In this document: in pieces, positions 54,968-58,312 of the stretch
Layout of the letters: each line of letters opens with the position of its first letter
How positions within the stretch are numbered: position 1 is the first letter of the stretch
Source of the DNA: an uncultured Dehalococcoidia bacterium
Lineage (GTDB): Bacteria; Chloroflexota; Dehalococcoidia; Lucifugimonadales; UBA2985
Reading direction: 5' to 3'
Assembly (NCBI GenBank): GCA_964443385.1
Contig: CAYUCO010000045.1
Span: 1 to 58,312 of the forward strand
Length of the DNA: 58,312 nucleotides
The notes under the pieces: model-generated
Seen by the model: the letters and a program-made list of their open reading frames with translations, nothing else
What the model was told of the DNA's origin: nothing
Database searches by the model: none
Program-made: the position numbers and the translations under genes

Positions 54968-56251
54968 ATGAATACCGAAAAATCCTTAGGAATATTTAAT
55001 GAATCCATAAAATATATCCCCGGAGGAGTAAATAGCCCCGTAAGATCCTTTAAATCAGTGGGTGGGAATCCATTGATTATAGAGAAGGGTAGAGGTTCTT
55101 CCATATGGGATGCAGATGGTAATCAATATATAGATTATGTCGGTTCTTGGGGGCCGTTGATACTTGGTCACTCGCATCCGAAGGTCATACATGAAGTGCA
55201 ACAGGCAATCTATAATGGCCTCTCGTTTGGTGCCCCTACGGTTGGCGAATTGGATTTATGTAGGATAATAGTGGAAGCATTCCCCTCTATGGATAAGGTT
55301 CGTTTGGTGAATTCTGGTACTGAAGCAACCATGAGTGCCCTTAGGCTTGCAAGGGCGGCTACAGGTAAAGATAAAATAATTAAATTCGCAGGCTGTTACC
55401 ATGGTCATAGTGATGGTTTATTGGTAGAAGCTGGATCTGGGAGTGCTACATATAGCACTCCCAACAGTGCAGGTGTCCCAGCTAGCTACGCAGGGGAGAC
55501 ATTGATAGCTAGGTACAATGACCTGAATTCTGTTGAAAAGATTTTCAGCGAATATAGAGGCCAAATAGCAGGGATTATTGTTGAACCTATAGCAGCTAAT
55601 ATGGGTGTGGTTGTGCCTGCAATAGGATTCTTGCAGGGTTTGCGTTATTTAGCAGATCAAAATGAGAGTTTGTTGATATATGATGAGGTAATAACCGGAT
55701 TCAGGCTGACTTACGGTGGAGCTCAAAATTTGTACGATGTTTACCCCGACATTACATGTCTAGGTAAAATAATTGGAGGAGGTCTGCCAGTAGGAGCATA
55801 TGGAGCGTCAAGCGATTTAATGCAATACGTATCACCTTTAGGGTCAATGTATCAAGCTGGTACTCTTTCAGGGAATCCCATAGCAGTGACTGCAGGGTTG
55901 GCTACGCTAAATATCTTAAAAGATCAAAATATATACAATGATTTAGAGGTGAAATCTGACCGATTAAGTAAATCAATTACGGAGGAAGGTAATTCACTTG
56001 GCATAAACATCCAGGTGAACAGAGTGGGTTCACTAATGACTATTTTCTTTTCTCAAGGATCAGTAGATTCATGGGATGATGTAATTAATGCTGATCAAGA
56101 AAGGTATACCGATTTTTTCATAGAGCTTTTGCGTGGCGGTGTATATATAGCACCATCTCCTTTTGAAGCTATGTTCGTTTCTGCAGCCCATAGCATGATA
56201 GATATAGATAAAACCATATCTGTCATTCGTAGTGCATTATCCAATATGTGA
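54968..56251 (+). CDS. hemL: Glutamate-1-semialdehyde 2,1-aminomutase
   Basis: 427 aa. GGVNSPVRSF and PLP-lysine block CLGKIIGGGLPVGAYG. Confidence 0.95.
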   Translation: MNTEKSLGIFNESIKYIPGGVNSPVRSFKSVGGNPLIIEKGRGSSIWDADGNQYIDYVGSWGPLILGHSHPKVIHEVQQAIYNGLSFGAPTVGELDLCRIIVEAFPSMDKVRLVNSGTEATMSALRLARAATGKDKIIKFAGCYHGHSDGLLVEAGSGSATYSTPNSAGVPASYAGETLIARYNDLNSVEKIFSEYRGQIAGIIVEPIAANMGVVVPAIGFLQGLRYLADQNESLLIYDEVITGFRLTYGGAQNLYDVYPDITCLGKIIGGGLPVGAYGASSDLMQYVSPLGSMYQAGTLSGNPIAVTAGLATLNILKDQNIYNDLEVKSDRLSKSITEEGNSLGINIQVNRVGSLMTIFFSQGSVDSWDDVINADQERYTDFFIELLRGGVYIAPSPFEAMFVSAAHSMIDIDKTISVIRSALSNM

Positions 56252-56274
56252 AGATAACACTTCTGCTGATTCGT

Positions 56275-58173
56275 TTAGACCTCTCTATATTCTCCTTCTA
56301 CTGTATCATCGTTTGAATCTTCTTCTGTGACTACGTCTTCATCAGTGGCTGCCGTATTTTCAGATTCACTTTGAGAATATATGGCTTGTCCAACCTGTTG
56401 CATTGCTACCTGCAGCGCTTGCACATCTTCATTCATGGAATCCACATTCTCACTTTGGATGGACTCCTTAAGTTTCGTAATTTTGGTTTCCAAATCCTCT
56501 TTAAGGTTACTGTCAATTTTATCTTCATTATCTTGAACAAGTTTTTCTGCCGCGTATACTGTGCTATCAGCAATATTCTTAGTTTCAACTTCCTGTTTGC
56601 GTTTCTGGTCTTCTTCAGAAAATTGTTCAGCTTCTTCTACTAATTTATCGATGTCTTCTTTGCTAAGTCCAGAACTAGCTGTAATAGTGATTCTCTGTTC
56701 CTTCCCAGTACCTTTGTCTTTAGCCGAAACATTAATTATTCCATTAGCATCAATATCGAAAGTAACTTCTATTTGAGGAATGCCCCTCTGGGCTGGGAGT
56801 ATTCCATCTAACATAAAGCGGCCAATTGATTTATTATCAGCAGCCATTGGTCGTTCACCTTGCACTGCATGGACTTCTACACTTGGTTGATTGTCAGCAG
56901 CAGTGGTAAATGTCTCTGTTTTAGCTGTTGGTATCGTAGTGTTTCTGCTTATTAGTGTAGTCATAACCCCTCCTAGCGTCTCGATTCCAAGTGTTAATGG
57001 GGTTACATCGAGTAATAAGATATCCGTAACGTCACCTTGTAATACACCAGCTTGAATAGCAGCACCGGCAGCTACTACCTCGTCTGGATTGACGCCTTGA
57101 TGTGGGTCTTTGTTAAAAAGACTTTTAACTTTTTCTATTACTGCCGGCATTCGAGTCATTCCTCCAACTAGAACGACTTCATGTATTTGTTCGTTTGTTA
57201 ATCCGGCATCAGACATTGCTTGTTGACAAGGAGCCGTTGTTCTATCGATTAGGTCGCCTACAAGTTGTTCCAGTTTTGCTCGACTTAGATTCATGGACAG
57301 GTGCTTGGGGCCAGTGGCATCGGCTGTTATGAACGGAAGGTTGATTTCCGTCTGCATTACGTTTGAAAGTTCCATTTTGGCTTTTTCTGCTGACTCTTTT
57401 AATCTTTGCAGCGCCATCTTATCTTGTTTCAGATCTATTCCTTGTTCTTTTTTGAATTCTTCTGCGATCCAATCCATGATCCTTTCATCAAAGTCATCTC
57501 CTCCAAGCATAGTATCACCGTTTGTAGATTTTACTTCGAATACGCCGTCACCTATTTGCAATATGGACACATCGAAGGTGCCTCCACCTAAATCATACAC
57601 AGCTATTGTTTGGTCGTTATTCTTGTCTAAGCCATATGCCATGGAAGCAGCAGTAGGCTCATTGATTATTCTTAGCACTTCTAGTCCAGCTATCGTGCCG
57701 GCATCTTTAGTTGCTTGCCTTTGAGTGTCATTAAAATATGCAGGCACAGTTATTACTGCCTGGGTGATTTTTTCACCAAGTTTAGATTCAGCGTCTTGTT
57801 TCAGTTTTTGCAATATCATTGCCGAAACCTCAGGAGGGGAGTAGTTTTTGCCAGACATTACAACTTCACAATCTCCATTTTTTGCCTTTTTTACTTGGTA
57901 TGGAAGCCGATCTATCATTGATTTTAGTTTAGGCTCGCTATATTTGTTACCCATTAGACGTTTTACCGAATATATGGTGTTTTCTGGATTAGTTATTGAC
58001 TGCCTTTTAGCAATTAAGCCAGTATACCTTTCTCCAGAAGTGGCATGCATTGCTACAACTGATGGAGTGACGCGAACTCCTTCACTGTATTCTAATACCT
58101 GCGATTCCCCTATTTCCATTACCGCCATACATGAGTTGGTCGTACCTAAATCTATTCCTAATACCTTTGGCAT
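56275..58173 (-). CDS. dnaK: Molecular chaperone DnaK
   Basis: 632 aa. [19 protein letters not shown] and the acidic C-terminal tail. AAGGAG precedes the ATG. Confidence 0.97.
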   Translation of the reverse strand: MPKVLGIDLGTTNSCMAVMEIGESQVLEYSEGVRVTPSVVAMHATSGERYTGLIAKRQSITNPENTIYSVKRLMGNKYSEPKLKSMIDRLPYQVKKAKNGDCEVVMSGKNYSPPEVSAMILQKLKQDAESKLGEKITQAVITVPAYFNDTQRQATKDAGTIAGLEVLRIINEPTAASMAYGLDKNNDQTIAVYDLGGGTFDVSILQIGDGVFEVKSTNGDTMLGGDDFDERIMDWIAEEFKKEQGIDLKQDKMALQRLKESAEKAKMELSNVMQTEINLPFITADATGPKHLSMNLSRAKLEQLVGDLIDRTTAPCQQAMSDAGLTNEQIHEVVLVGGMTRMPAVIEKVKSLFNKDPHQGVNPDEVVAAGAAIQAGVLQGDVTDILLLDVTPLTLGIETLGGVMTTLISRNTTIPTAKTETFTTAADNQPSVEVHAVQGERPMAADNKSIGRFMLDGILPAQRGIPQIEVTFDIDANGIINVSAKDKGTGKEQRITITASSGLSKEDIDKLVEEAEQFSEEDQKRKQEVETKNIADSTVYAAEKLVQDNEDKIDSNLKEDLETKITKLKESIQSENVDSMNEDVQALQVAMQQVGQAIYSQSESENTAATDEDVVTEEDSNDDTVEGEYREV

Positions 58174-58212
58174 TTTTATGTCTCCTTGATCAGATGTTTG
58201 TTCCTGAATTTC

Positions 58213-58312
58213 TTAATAGTTTTCCGTCTCCGTTTTAGCTTTGGACACTATGACCTGAGATGGCCTAAGAGTTTTATTGTTGAAACTGTACCCTTCACGT
58301 ACAACTTCAATG
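58213..58312 (-). CDS. grpE: Nucleotide exchange factor GrpE (C-terminal fragment; continues beyond the window)
   Basis: The minus-strand frame reads IEVVREGYSFNNKTLRPSQVIVSKAKTETENY-stop. This matches the GrpE C-terminal pattern (V..GY....R.LRP..V.V). It lies immediately upstream of dnaK. Confidence 0.8.
   Translation of the reverse strand, partial: IEVVREGYSFNNKTLRPSQVIVSKAKTETENY

Noticed and set aside
57293-57724. 143-aa ORF antisense to dnaK (plus smaller ones at 56371..56776 and 57848..58189)
   Set aside because: Long antisense frames are a well-known by-product of dnaK codon composition. The ORFs are Ser/Leu-rich and low in complexity, with no start context.
1-58312. Search for tRNA, rRNA, CRISPR arrays, IS elements, integrases or prophage genes
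   Set aside because: All gaps longer than 100 nt were read on both strands (14.1, 14.4, 15.9, 16.7, 28.0, 38.5, 51.7, 52.5, 52.8 and 53.6 kb). None has a tRNA-like acceptor or T-arm pattern, spaced direct repeats, terminal inverted repeats, or recombinase ORFs.

Overview
This is a dense, visibly AT-rich bacterial chromosomal window with about 58 protein genes. Many gene junctions are only 0-45 nt or overlap. I found no rRNA, tRNA, CRISPR array, transposase or integrase. All calls come from reading motifs in the supplied translations and the DNA; no searches were run.

About two thirds is housekeeping in a Firmicutes/Chloroflexi-like order:
- rsmD-coaD
- aroQ, an Xaa-Pro peptidase and efp
- xseA-xseB followed by a PHP-domain protein
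- tig-clpP-clpX
- aspS and tgt
- a sirC-like gene, hemA, hemC, cobA, hemD and hemB, with hemL displaced about 7.7 kb
- ogt and dnaE
- grpE (partial) and dnaK
- a partial System I cytochrome c maturation block (ccmH, ccmF, two accessory membrane proteins, a TlpA-like thioredoxin)

The accessory part (1-21 kb) holds:
- an SDR and an MFS transporter
- an eight-gene minus-strand operon: a coiled-coil membrane protein, a six-Asp-box beta-propeller, an oversized C-terminally anchored family-5 binding protein, an Opp/Dpp-type ABC importer and a ThDP enzyme
- two small zinc-ribbon genes
- two tandem family III CoA-transferases
- a cupin and a COG4012/DUF1786-like ASKHA protein

Gene content suggests a streamlined marine monoderm-type lineage such as SAR202-like Chloroflexota, but this is inference only.

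The best candidates for a second look are:
1. A threonine-synthase-fold enzyme, a stand-alone NIL domain and a CysO/MoaD-like sulfur carrier ending in GG-Phe (38.8-40.6 kb).
2. The propeller plus ABC importer operon, whose exported proteins are anchored at the C-terminus.
3. An EF-P whose tip loop lacks the conserved Lys or Arg.
4. A larC whose conserved N-terminus has no canonical start codon.
5. An orphan, translationally coupled two-gene cassette at 53 kb.
6. Three small zinc-ribbon genes, two of them below the 60-aa ORF threshold.
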